Positions 14,130 through 26,829 of a DNA stretch of 64,000 nucleotides are shown one piece after another (positions within the stretch are counted from its first letter, which is position 1; every line of letters begins with the position of its first letter). The notes beneath the pieces are model-generated. The model saw only the letters and a program-made list of their open reading frames with translations, was not told where the DNA came from and made no database searches. Origin of the DNA: Octopus sinensis (lineage: Eukaryota); contig NC_043010.1 in assembly GCF_006345805.1 (NCBI RefSeq), forward strand, positions 18,724,001 to 18,788,000, written 5' to 3'. Made by a program: the position numbers and the translations under genes.

Positions 14130-14299
14130 GTAAGTAGAGGGGGAGGAGTTTTGTGTTTGATTAGTGTTGTTAGTGTGTAGGTGGGTGCTGGATTGTACCT
14201 TGCATGTGTGTGTTTGTGTATGCATGATATGCTGGGTGTGTGTGGCTAGATGTATGCATGAGATGCTGGGTGTATGTACGTGTATGCATAGTTTGGGTA

Positions 14300-14645
14300 C
14301 TGGATGATACTCTGTGTGTGTGCATGGGCTACGGCATGTGTATTTGTGAAAATATGGGATGATACCTGTGTGTGCGCGCGCACGCTATGGCATGTGTATA
14401 TGTGTAAGTACGGATGGTACCCTGTGTGTGTGTGTGTGCCATGGCATTTGTATATGTGAAAGTACGGGATGGAAAGTACTCTCTGTTTGTGCTATGGTAT
14501 GTGTATTTTTGAAAGCATGGGATGATACCCTGTGTGTGTGTGTATGCTATCATATGTATATATGTGAAAGTACTTGATGATACCCTCTGTGTGTGTGTGT
14601 GTGTGTGTGTGTGCATGCTATGGCATGTGTATATGTGAAGATATG
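14300..14645. repeat. Degenerate ~55-bp minisatellite, about 6 copies, in a PDCD4 intron
   Basis: Recurring unit ggatgataccc(tg)n...ctatggcatgtgtatatgtgaaagtac. Confidence 0.75.
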
Positions 14646-14791
14646 TGAAACCTTGTGAGTGCGTGCACATACTGCATACCATCTAGATACTTACTGTGTA
14701 TGTATGCATGTATTAGATGTCCCTATATATATTATATGCCTTGTGTGTATGTAAAATTACAGTAGTGAGTACCTTGTTGTTGTTGTTCCAG

Positions 14792-14899
14792 ATTGTTCTG
14801 TTATTGAAGGAGTACATGTCCTCAGGTGATATAGCTGAAGCTACACGCTGTCTGCAAGAGTTGGATGTACCACACTTTCACCATGAACTAGTCTATGAG
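14792..14899 (+). CDS. PDCD4: PDCD4 coding exon (MA3 domain 2)
   Basis: cag/gttagt, 108 nt: IVLLLKEYMSSGDIAEATRCLQELDVPHFHHELVYE. Confidence 0.96.
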
Positions 14900-15469
14900 G
14901 TTAGTAACTACTACTACTACTGATACTGCTACTGCTGCTGCTTTCAGTCGGTCACATTCAATGCACCCACCCACTAGCACATAAATAAAAAATAGACCCA
15001 ACATCTCATCTGCATATAAAAGGTGACTGAAAGGGGTCGAGGTAGGATTTGAACTCCAACCTTGTAAAAACCTCACCAGCAGTGACCACACACAGAGACC
15101 CACAAGCTGGAGGGTTGTCACACCAATTGGTGTGCAGACATTGTCCAGCAGGAATCCCCAGCACGTGACAGTGCATGTCCCCCCATACTGTTATTGCTGT
15201 GGGTGAATGATAAAACGAATATCTAATGAGCTGACGTATTTTATGAAGCAGGTTGTTGCTGGCTGACGTTTTATAACAAATGTTTAAAAAGCAGATTGCT
15301 AATTAACTGCAATGTTTAATGAAGAAAAGATAATGAATTGATGTATATTAAAAAAAAAAAAAAAAAAATAAAATTAACGAGTTATCATTTACACATATAA
15401 AAAGAATTTTAACAGTTGAAGGTTTTGTTGAAGCTTTCATTCTAAGATGGCTGATGGTTCATTTTGTAG

Positions 15470-15580
15470 GCAACTGTTATGGTCCTTGAAGACTCCAGTG
15501 ACAGAGCTGCTGAAATGATGTGTAAACTGCTTAAAAGTTTGTGTGTTGCTGTGATAATTACTCCTGAACAAATGAGTCAG
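15470..15580 (+). CDS. PDCD4: PDCD4 coding exon
   Basis: tag/gttcgt, 111 nt: ATVMVLEDSSDRAAEMMCKLLKSLCVAVIITPEQMSQ. Confidence 0.93.
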
Positions 15581-15865
15581 GTTCGTATTATGAACAAATC
15601 CAAGTTTAATGAATTGTTTTAAGAATTGTAAATGTCTCTTCAATCATTTTTGATTATTTTTACATTGTCATAATTTAATGTTTGTTTCTCTTGCTTGGCA
15701 GGAGTTGGATTGTTTGACAAGGAGCTGGCAAGGCTGGAGAGCAGCACCAGGCTCCACTGTCTGTTTTAGCATGGTTTCTATGACTGGGTACTTTACATGT
15801 GGAGCCAGCACTGGCACTTTGTATGTGGAGCTAGCACTGGCACTTTGTATGTGGTGCCAACACAT

Positions 15866-15974
15866 GTGCTCTGTACATGCTGTCAGCACAGGTGCTCTGT
15901 ACATGCTGTCAGCACAGGTGCTCTGTACATGCTGTCAGCACAGGTGCTCTGTACATGCTGTCAGCACAGGTGCT
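15866..15974. repeat. Perfect 26-bp tandem repeat, 4 copies plus 5 nt
   Basis: Unit gtgctctgtacatgctgtcagcacag. Confidence 0.95.
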
Positions 15975-16527
15975 TTATAGGTGGCATCAGTATGGGTGCT
16001 TTTTGTTTTTTGTATGCAACAATACTGTAATGGAAGTATGTCCTGAAAACTGCATTGAACTAAAACAGTGACATGTTGGCATTTCCTGTCAACAAACTGT
16101 CCTCTAACTCTGCAGTTCCAAATAAAAGCAGAGTTTTAAAAGATGCTTTATTTGAAAAACAGGTAAGGCTTAATATTAGGAAGGGATCTTACTTTAAAAC
16201 ACTACCTCAATAATTGTTGTGTATTCATCCAACTCATGCTGACATGGATAATCAGATGTAGAAGGAATGAAGGAATAATATTTATATGTGACGTGTTATT
16301 ATAAATTGTTGCTTAATTGGTAGTTTTGTACAAAAATTTAAAAATCAAATGCTTTGTGTTTAGTTACTTTCCTTTACATTCTGAGTTCAAATCTCATTAA
16401 GGTCAGTTTCACTCTTCAGCCTCCTGGGGTTAATAAACTAAGTACCAGTCATGTATTGAGATATTTGAAGCATCACTAAATTCTCTTCCATTGCCTTGTG
16501 TCTATGTTTTATTTTCAACTCTTATAG

Positions 16528-16667
16528 GGATTCCGAAGGGTCTATGAGGCAATGCCAGACATCTGTTTAGATGTTCCTGCTGCCTATACAATTCTGGAGA
16601 AGTTTGCAACAATGTGCTTTAAGTCTGGTGTGCTGTCCAGAGAATTGTACCAAGAGCTACCTCAGAG
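16528..16667 (+). CDS. PDCD4: PDCD4 coding exon
   Basis: tag/gtttgt, 140 nt: GFRRVYEAMPDICLDVPAAYTILEKF...LYQELPQ(R). Confidence 0.95.
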
Positions 16668-17644
16668 GTTTGTACCATATTCGGTATTTTTATCACAAAA
16701 ATCTGTTGGGGTCAGTTCTTTCCTTTTTTGGGTTACTGTTTGTTTGTGTTTATACCTGTGTAAGTTTTTGGAAGTGTGTGTTGTGTTCTGATGAATCTCC
16801 AATTTCCTGTTTCACCATAAGTTGATCTTGATTGGGAAGTTATAAGACCATTGGTCATTCATCGGATAATATTGTGTAAGAAAGTGGTGAGTTGGTGGAA
16901 TTGTTAAAGTTCTGGGCAAAGTGCATTGTAATATTTTGTCCATCTTTATGGTCCGAGTTCAAATTCTGCTGAGATCAACTTTGCCTTTCATCCTTTTGGG
17001 GTTAAATACCAGTTGGACACTAGCATTGATGTAATTGACATGTTGATGTGGCCCTCTCCCCAAATTGCTGCCGAAATTTCACACCAATATCATATTGTGT
17101 AATATTTCTTTGAAGACAGTAGGGTGCGATTTAAGAGCAAATTTGGCTGCTATTTTTACCAGATTGAGTGCTAATGTTGTGACTCTTTCCTTGATATGTC
17201 TTAGGTTGACAACTGTAGAAGAAAATCTGGGCTGTGAAGTTGGGAAAGGATAAGGATTGAGTGTTTTGTGCAAGGTCTTGATGGGGCAGTGAGACTTTAA
17301 TGGTTGGCTTGAGTGCGAATGGTGTGTATCTTGTTGATAGTGTATTATAACACGTTTAGAAGCATAAGGTTCATGGTTGTTGTGTTGGTTGTCTTTGTGA
17401 ACCAATTGGATGTTTGCTTTTTGGTTTGATGTGTGTACACTTGATTACATTCAAATAAATTATGATCCCTCTTGTTTTTCCCTTTTTATCACTTTTACAG
17501 CTGTTTATATCCTTCTTTTCTGCTGTTTCCTGTATCCCTTTCTTTTTGTCTTCTATCACCCTTTTCTTTGTCTCCTGTCTCTCCCTTCTGTTTCCTCTAT
17601 TTACCCCACCCTATTCATGTTTCCTTTCTGCTGTATTCTTTCAG

Positions 17645-17705
17645 GGGCCGTAAACGGTTCGTCTCAGAAGGTGATGGTGGTCGTATCAAAGATTCTCAGA
17701 ACTAA
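17645..17705 (+). CDS. PDCD4: PDCD4 terminal coding exon
   Basis: cag acceptor; (R)GRKRFVSEGDGGRIKDSQN then TAA. Contains the conserved C-terminal RGRKRFVSEGDGG motif. Confidence 0.97.
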
Positions 17706-17955
17706 GTTTCCGTCAACTCTCCCGGTGCCAGTTGAACGACTATGGACATTCCTGTTTCAAACCTGTCTGACTGCTGTAACCATTGATGATGATGATGATG
17801 TGGCATGGAGGGGGGGAGGGAGGGGCGAGATGAAACACTTCCTTTTCTTGGTTTTCATTTTATTATTATTATTATTATTTACATACCAGTTACATACTGG
17901 GGATTGATTTGACTATATCTCCGTCCCCTAAATTTTCTGGCCTTAAGTTAGATCA

Positions 17956-17987
<32 letters not shown>

Positions 17988-18567
17988 TGGGCAGGAGATG
18001 GCAGAGTTAATAAAGCAGTGGACAAATAACTTACCCTTACAGTATTTGTTAGGTTCCTTCTATGTTCTGAGTTCTTATTCTGCTGAGGTGAATCTAGATT
18101 TCCATCCTTCCAAAGTTGATTAAATAAAATCCCATCCAGTTAGAGGCTGGGATAATCCACTCTAATCTACTATACCACCCTACTTTTCCTAAGCTAGGAC
18201 AACATTTAAAAGAAATCATCATTATTATTATTATTATTTACTAAATAATATTGGTATTGCAATTGTTTTCCATTCCCCGTTTCATGTTTCTTCAGTTGTG
18301 TGCTCAATCCCTTTGTCATTCCCCTCCACCCTGACATTTAGTATTTGCTCACCCCTAGATGTCTGATCACTTCAACAGTGACCTGGCTGATCATTTTTAA
18401 GGGTGACTCTCACCACCCTTCTGTTAATACTGCTTCTGTTTTTAATACTCTCTCTCCCTCTATATACACACATACAAATATACAACACACACATATATAT
18501 CTATATATACATATATATACACATATACATTTATACAATATATATATATACACATACATATATATAA

Positions 18568-18598
<31 letters not shown>

Positions 18599-20150
18599 GT
18601 ATGTGTGCACGTCTATGTGCAATGGTCCTTGCATACATATATATATATATATATATATGTTTGAATGTGTGTGATGTTAATGCATTTGTTTATGCACATA
18701 GACTGTGTGTGTGTGTGTGCATCTGTTCACACACTGCAAGCTATGTTTGAAGTTTTCTTTTGAATTTTAGTATTTATATTGTTTGTTTAGGAAAAACTCA
18801 ACTTTTGAGACCTTCATTCTCACCTAAGGTGAGGAACCTGTCGACTACATTGGCTAAACTCTACCCCATACCTACCTTGCTTCTCATTTCTCTCTCTCTC
18901 TCTTCCCTCCATCTTCTGCTCTTCAAACACAGATACACTGAATATGATTATAAGATGGCATAGTCATGTCTGGAATGCCTTTGATTGTTATAGGTTCCCT
19001 GGTCTTAGGATTAAATAAATGATGCTGCTGTTGCTACTGCTACCGGGTGGATGGATAGGTTGGGTACCCTGACATACCGACATAAATGGAAATTCTATAA
19101 GGAAGTTGTAGACATCCCGTATGTGACCATCCCATCTCCATTCTCTTTTTTTTCTACTGGCTTCAGAATAACTTTCCAGTGTTAAAGATAGAGAAGTGTT
19201 AGCAAAATAAAACTTCTTTACACACGCACACACATGCACATACATAAAACCTGTATTTGTGAAGGCATACTAGTGTGAGTGTGTGTGTGTGTGTATATAA
19301 CTCTTTTTGTTTCCACCCCTTTAACTCAGTTTCTAGAATACTAGAAAGATTTAGGAAATTGTGACAAATGAGATTTATCAAAAAATAATTTTTAAGTTGT
19401 AATTCTTATTTTTATAAATTCTTTTTTTTGTGGCTTTTATATTGCATTTTTTACCCTCTAATTTTTTTTTCTTTTGTTCTTTAAATACGGCAGTGTTTGA
19501 TTGAGTTTTTTTTCATTTCTTGACATCTGGATGCACCATGTGTGTCTGCACAAACCCACACATTGGTAATACAGTGTTTTTCTTTCACAGTTGTTACACA
19601 TAAGCTGTCACTGATAAGTATCATCTCAAGGCACTTGGCCTACTAATTACAGTATTGGGACTCCTGATCATAAGATTGTGGGTTCAGTTACAGGACCAGA
19701 CAACACATTGTTTTCTTGAGCAAGGTGCTTCATTAATGTTGGTCCAGTCTCCGAATACCATCTTAGCATCTGTGCACACTTTACTCTCTCTTAAGTCGTC
19801 GCTTCTTTGAGGATTTGCTAGATTAAGACCCTGTCTAAGCCTGCTCATATCTAAATATCTAAAGACAATTAGCAAATTTACGGTGCATGTTGCCAGGTCA
19901 AACTTACTTGCAAATGACAGCTGTTTTTACTTTTTCTTTATTTTTTGTTATGTGCACACTCACACACACACACACACACACAAGTCAATTTTATACCATT
20001 TTTTTCTTTGAACTGCCTTTCTCTTCTGTCCTCACTCTATCCTTGTTATCTTCCCAACCTCAAGACCAGATCTCAAGCTGTGATAGCTACAATAACATAG
20101 GGCAATAAACTCTCACTTCTATAATTTTTTTCACCTTTATTGTTTCCATT

Positions 20151-20690
20151 TGTAGTGAGAGACAAAATAGTTATTTTGTCATCGTGGCATCGCACAGTTG
20201 TGCTACTCTCACTCAATCAGTTAGAGCTGCCCGCAGAAGGATACCAGTAGCAACTTCTGCCCAGCAGTATTTAGTGCCCTTTTCAAAGTTGCAGCATTGC
20301 CTCCTTCAATGTGCTTACTATTTCAGTGTACAACTCTTATGCCCTGCGATTCAATTCACGAATATCAGTTTTCACTCTGCTTCATATAAACAACTGAAAT
20401 ATTTTAGCTTAAGTCATGCAAATTTGCATGACTTAAGCTAAAATATTTCAGTTGTTTATATGAAGCAGAGTGAAAACTGATAACCATGAATTGAATCGCA
20501 CGGCATAAGTGGTGTACACTGAAATAGTAAGCACATTGAAGGAGGCAATGCTGCAACTTTGAAAAGGGCACTAAATACTGCTGGGCTGAAGTTGCTACTG
20601 GTATCCTTCTGCGGGCAGCTCTAACTGATTGAAGTGAGAGTAGCACAACTGTGCAATGCCACGATAACAAAATAGCTCTTTGTCACTACA
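20151..20690. repeat. ~540-bp spacerless palindrome (fold-back)
   Basis: Symmetry axis at 20422/20423; the innermost 60 bp of each arm are perfectly complementary, with scattered mismatches further out. Confidence 0.95.
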
Positions 20691-21722
20691 CTATCCCCTT
20701 TTAGACTGCAAGTTGATACAAATAAGCAGGAAAGACAAAAGACTACATATCTATGGTGATGAAGGGGACTGGACCGATGGATCCCAACCCAAGTAGATTA
20801 AGAGCAGAGACACTGATTCATCTTGTAAGAGAAACTAACCACAAGAGTCTTCAACTTGTCATTGTTTTCCCAACAAGCTGTGATGACAGATGCAGTGCTG
20901 TGAAAAAGATATGCTGTGTTGGTTGGTGAATGTGATGAGAGGCTGAGAAAAATTGTGCATAGGAGGAGAGAGAATCTAGGGAATGTATATGGGACACAGG
21001 ATCTATTTGGGTGAGTTGGAATAGCGGTGTCACTTTGCATGTGCAATGTGCCAGTTGTTGCGTAACTGGGGCACATTCAGCCCTTGCGCGCATGCTCACC
21101 CACGCTGTCTGTCCTCATCTTCTTTGCCTCTTACGTGTCTCAGTCAATTTCACTTTTTCTCTTTAATCTATTTCCCCATATAAATGAAACGTGTTCAGTG
21201 CCTGTTGTTACCTCCATACCATTTTATTATGCTAACATCTAGGATCTTGCTATTCAGTAGACTTTGATTGCAGTTTGCAAAGCAGAAGACGAGCTTCTAT
21301 AAAATGATGCTGAATATCACTGTCCCCAAATTCCTCGATGCCAGAATGAAACTTTGGCATGGAAGCAAGAACTTTTGTATCTGTGTATCTATTTTTCTAC
21401 TGTATTGACTTGTGACTTTTCTTCTTGCCCCTACCCACTTTCCTCTGTTCTTTATTATAAACAGTATTCCAATATATTATTTGAAATCATAAAAATAGCA
21501 CCCAGTAAAAAACAAAAACGAAAAACCTACCTAAACTCCACAACTGCAACATCCTTGATTAGATCTCAGGATGTGGTTTTTTTTTCTTCAACTCACTGTA
21601 TCTCATCTAGATTTTCCATATTTCCACTTTTGCATCTCCAATTTCTATTCACCTGGCCTATCCCAACCTTACACACACACACACACACTCAGAAGCAGGT
21701 TTTGCGAATACATGTGCATACC

Positions 21723-21782
<60 letters not shown>

Positions 21783-24581
21783 TTCAGAAAAGTATGTATT
21801 GTTTATTTGGGGACACATTTCACCTCTTTAAGGAATTGGAATTTGATTGATTTAAAAATAAAAAAAAAGTTTTTTTAAATCCCTCCTGTCCTCTCTGCCT
21901 TCACAATTCTATTGATTTTGACCCTCCTGGTGTCCCACCCCAATTCCACTGATCTTCATATCCCTAACCTTATTAACCACTTGTTCTCCTTCCTTCATTA
22001 CTGCTCCCATGATCCTCACTTGGTGTTACCCCCACTCCCATCTGTCCTCAAATCCCTGATGTGTTAAGGGTTTAGAAACTGGGTTCTTTCATTGATTGAG
22101 AATTTCTCCAGATTGTCTTCAAGGGGGCTGCTCTGTGCATGTGTGTGAATACAAGTCATAGTGTAAATAATGTTTTCAGATAAGCAGGGACCCTGAGCTT
22201 GAGTTTGTTTCTCGTCCATGATGTGTCAGGGAGTGAGACCTGACTAATTGCTTCCTCATCTCAGTTTCTTTAGGTACAAATTTAGGTTTTTCTCTTGCCG
22301 CCTATCCCTTTATAAGTGGGCAGAGTGAGTTCCCATAATGAGTTGGAGTCCTCTCCAGTGTCACAACTCCTGAAACTGGAATTACCATTGTTTTGGCAGA
22401 TTATTTTTGGACTTGGTATTAACTTTTGGATAGAGGGGATGATTAATTAATAAATTAGTTTTCATAATGGAAACGAAACTTACTAATTATTGATGAATTA
22501 CAACAATAGTCATGGTGATGGCTGTGGTGACAGTGACTAAATTTGAATAAATGTTGAAGGTTGAAGACAACTGAAGATGGTGCTGAGATAAGAACCTAGA
22601 TGAAATATGCAACAGGGATTGAGGCCAGGTGGGGGTGGGAAATAGTGGAACAAACACCTTGTCTGTCGCAGGGAGATTCCATTATCAAGTTGAGTAGTGG
22701 TACCACCCATATAAAGTGTGACATTTTAGGGTGAAAGATCAAAAGCATGAAAATAAATTCATTTTGTATATTTCCTTTGCAAAGAAATGAGGGTAAAAAA
22801 ATGGCATTATATATATAAAAAAAAAAAATTCACTAAGATATTCTTTCAGTAATTATTGATAATAATAATAATAATGTTTTATTTCCTATGGCTGTTTAAT
22901 TATTTTTATAGCTAAGGTCAAATGTGGGCATCGTTTACTGAAAAGTTAATTTTGTCAACTGTTAATCAGTTAATTATTTCCTAATGTAGCAGAAGTTATC
23001 AATAAACCGTTAACGTTAATTTTTATTATAGAAAAAGAAAAACAGACTATCAGTTTTCGCTCTAAAAACACCTTTAAAAAGTGCCAAAACTATAAAATCC
23101 GTTAACTTCAGTTGAATGAAAGTTAACTTCCATTAACTCAAGTTGACTTGATTTAATGGAAGTTAAATGTAAAGGAAGTTAATTAGTCTGATAATAATTT
23201 CCAAAGTTAATGAAGAAGTTAAATCAGTAATGAAAATGTTAACTTTAATTAACAATTAACGGTTTGGTTAAGGTGTATGTTGAACAATAATGCAATGTAG
23301 TCCTGACTACCTTCCCCTAAGAAATTTGCTTTCATATTTTACCAGCTTCTTCGCCCCCCCCCTCTCATAATTTCAATGTCTTGTTCCCCCACCCCCACCT
23401 CCATACTATCTCTTGCACAATGTTTCATAATTTGTTGTTTATCTTTTTTCTTTCGTCACTGCGTTCATGAGGTTCACCCTCCCAAAATAAGACCTCACTG
23501 CTTCTTTCTATGTCTTCTTTGGCAGATTCCTTCCACTTGGTTCACTTGGCACTTCTTTATCCAAATGTCCGCCTCCACATGCATTTCATCCATTATATAT
23601 CTCTCTTTTTTTTTCCCCCCTCTTGCACAAAGCTACATGTGATTCTTTTTATACCGTTTTTCCTCTCTGCTCATTTGTACTTTTGTTGTTAATGTGTACT
23701 ATTCTTACGCATACAGCATAATATACACGTGTGTGTGTGTGTGTACTTATAAAGGTACTAATTTCCTGTTGTCAAAGAGACAAGTCGTGCACCTCCTTTT
23801 ATCCTTGGTTTCTGACAACTCTATCTTAACGTATATTTCAAGTGTTCCTTAAAGTGACTCTTGAAGGGTCAGCTGTAGACTAACGACGACTTCTCAGTGA
23901 CTGGAAGCATTTTGATAACAACTGTATGTACCAATACAACAATGAAATGCATTTTCACAGCTGACCCATGGCTTGGCTTCAAATTTCAGGTTTCTCACAT
24001 TTCACTTCATCAGGCAGCATTTCACTGAAATGTGGACCATTTTAGGAATAATTCTCTCTTGAGGACTTCATCTTTTGGAAGTCCGTCACACAAAAGAAAA
24101 CAATCGACACACGAGCACCTACTTTACTGTCAATTGGGTTTCATATAAGAATTTTTGAAAAAATTTTGCAATTCACTTCCCTTTGATTGAAATCAACCCA
24201 AGTGTTTCTGATGGTCATTCCGGGTCTTAGGGCTCTTCAAACTCAGCTCTCTAAGTGGCCATTGATTTGTCTTGAAGGACGTGGAACATGCTTGACTTGT
24301 CTCTTTCACTAAAAGCCCCTGTGTTTCTCTGTCACCTTCGTTGGTACAGAATGGAAATATTTAGAAACACTATTCCAAGACTATATAGAAAATGGATGGG
24401 GCTATATTGGAAAATGCTATCCTTGGAAGGTTTATATATATATATATATATCAATAATAATAATAATAAAAGGATAAAATTTAATTAATTCATTAATTAA
24501 TCAATCAATTAATTAATAATTTTACCAAGTAGATCGCTACGTTAAAATAACCTTTTTAGGTAAAATTATACTATAAACATA

Positions 24582-24826
24582 ATTAAAATCATAGGTCAGC
24601 TAATTGCTTCACCACACACTGAATTTAGAAATAGGAGTTAAAATGCCTTTTCTGCTACCATAAAGATCTCCCAGACAGTAACACTTTTTTACGTAGGCAA
24701 AAAGAAAAAAACTAATGAATCCACACGACTCAGATTAGTTACATCTATGGTAGCAGAAAAAGCATTTTAACTCCTATTTCTAAATTTGGTGTGTGGTGAA
24801 GCAATTAGCTGACCCCTGATTATAAT
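24582..24826. mobile_element. MITE with ~85-bp terminal inverted repeats
   Basis: 24582-24667 is the near reverse complement of 24743-24826. Confidence 0.75.
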
Positions 24827-24853
24827 TATGTTTATAATTATAGAATATTTGTA

Positions 24854-24927
<74 letters not shown>

Positions 24928-25689
24928 TGGCATCATGTGTTTATATACCTGCATAAATATATACACCTCACCACACACACACAAATACATCTTTATACAA
25001 TTTTTAAAAAATAGTTCTTCAAACTGAAACGGTCTGTTTTTCTCTTTAAGTGGTTGCTTGTAAATTGTCTTTGGCATCATAACAATTCGTCACATCTCCT
25101 TCTGCCTCCATATTTCATAGATATCTTTGCCTTCAGATGGTGTTTTCCTTTTGTTTGTTTGTTTTTTTTTCTTTATTTTGGTTTTTCTCTTTCTTTACCA
25201 AACTTAATCATCATCCAGCGCATGATGAGTGCCACATGGATGGGTGGGTGGGTGGAGGAGTTTGACACAGGTGAATGAATGTCTTTACTACATTTTATCA
25301 TAATTTTTATTTTAAATTTTTTCTTTCATTATTTTTTCATTTAAAAACACACACATGCATACATACAAATAAAAAAAACATGAACTAAAATTCAAAAAAA
25401 AAAAAGCAATCCTCTTTGTGATAAGTCTAACTTTTTTTCTTAATTCAGCTATTTTCTTAGGTTTGTATTCTTGAGCTTTCTTAAAAGCTGTAGTAAAACT
25501 TTGAAACAGCTCTACGGTTTTTGTCTTGTTTTTATTTGCACATCAACACGTTTGATCCATTGACCTGTGTCCTGCTAAAGGCATACACGACTGCCTTCAT
25601 TGTTCACAACTTCTTGCCCACATTCCACTCACTTGTCACTTCCTTGCTGATAGAAATCACTGGTTCTTGACTCAAAGGATCCTTTGAGT

Positions 25690-26130
25690 CAAGTGTTCAT
25701 CTCCTTGCTGTTCAATGAAATGCCTTGCAACTGAAAAAGGTGATAATCTGAAGGCTCTATGTCGGGAGAATATGGTGGATGCTGTAGAATTTCCCAAATG
25801 TGCTCTTGAATAGCATTCTTGGTCAAATCAGTGATGTGGAGATGAGCATTGCCATATTGCACTGGGTTTTGGACTTTACCCATCAAGTGAGGGTAATGGG
25901 CAATGGTATCATGAAAGTACTCCATTTGTGGGGACAGTTTTATTGTGGATTGGCATGAGTCCTTGTGAATGAGTTCATTCTTTCAGCCATCAGGCTGGCC
26001 AATTGAACTTTCTCTCTTTGAAGCTTGAAAACCATTTCTGTGCAGTTCTTTCAATAATATTGCCTTCTCCATATACCGTACAAATGTCCTGAGTGACATT
26101 GACAGCTTTGGAACTTTGATTCGAGAAACA
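25690..26130 (-). mobile_element. Internally deleted mariner transposase remnant
   Basis: N-terminal HTH-like ICTVYGEGNIIERTAQKWFSSFK and C-terminal HPPYSPDIEPSDYHLF motif. Confidence 0.85.
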
Positions 26131-26829
26131 AACATCAAAAATGCTCTTTTTTTTTTGTTCTACTTGGCATTTTGTCAGGTTTGAAAAGTGGTAAATTTTA
26201 TTTTAATTTCAGAAATGAAAAACAAAACTTATAGAGGCAGAACAGCTACAAAATAATAAAGGTTTTTCTTTTAACCCCTCCCCCCACAAAATGCTTTTGA
26301 TAAAAATAACCCTTTTGCATTCACATTACTCTATCAAATGTGATTTGCATTCGAATTAGTCATGCATTACCTTGTAGCATTAAGATTTCAATGATGTGAT
26401 TGTATATTTTAAAAATGACATTGTAAGGTAAGTGTGAGAGACCAGATCCGGCCAGTTTGAACATAAAACCAGGAGAATATTTTGATGGGATTATGGCCAG
26501 TGTAAATGCTCAAGGGTTAATTCAAATAATGTTGGAAAGAAACAAATGAATTTATTCTGATACCTCACTATTTCTTGCCAGCCAGTTCCTGGCAAAACTT
26601 TAAATCATGAAGAATATAATAAACCATTTCAAAGGACTCTAGCAAAACAAACTTCTTGAAATAAATAAAAAAAGGAAAATAAGGAAAGCTTCTAACAATG
26701 CAGAAAGTTTTACAAAAAAAAAAAAAACCATTTTGAAGGAAGCAGTCAAAGAAATATGTATTTTCATAGATTTTATTTTAAACTGCTCGGTGTTTGGGTT
26801 AGTAACTGTTGGTCGTTGTATTTTCACCT

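Noticed and set aside
15668-16071. Overlapping ORFs with repeated peptides
   Set aside because: Produced by the 26-bp tandem repeat and an RTE-tail remnant in a PDCD4 intron.
20184-20670. Two near-identical ORFs on opposite strands
   Set aside because: They are mirror translations of the palindrome arms.
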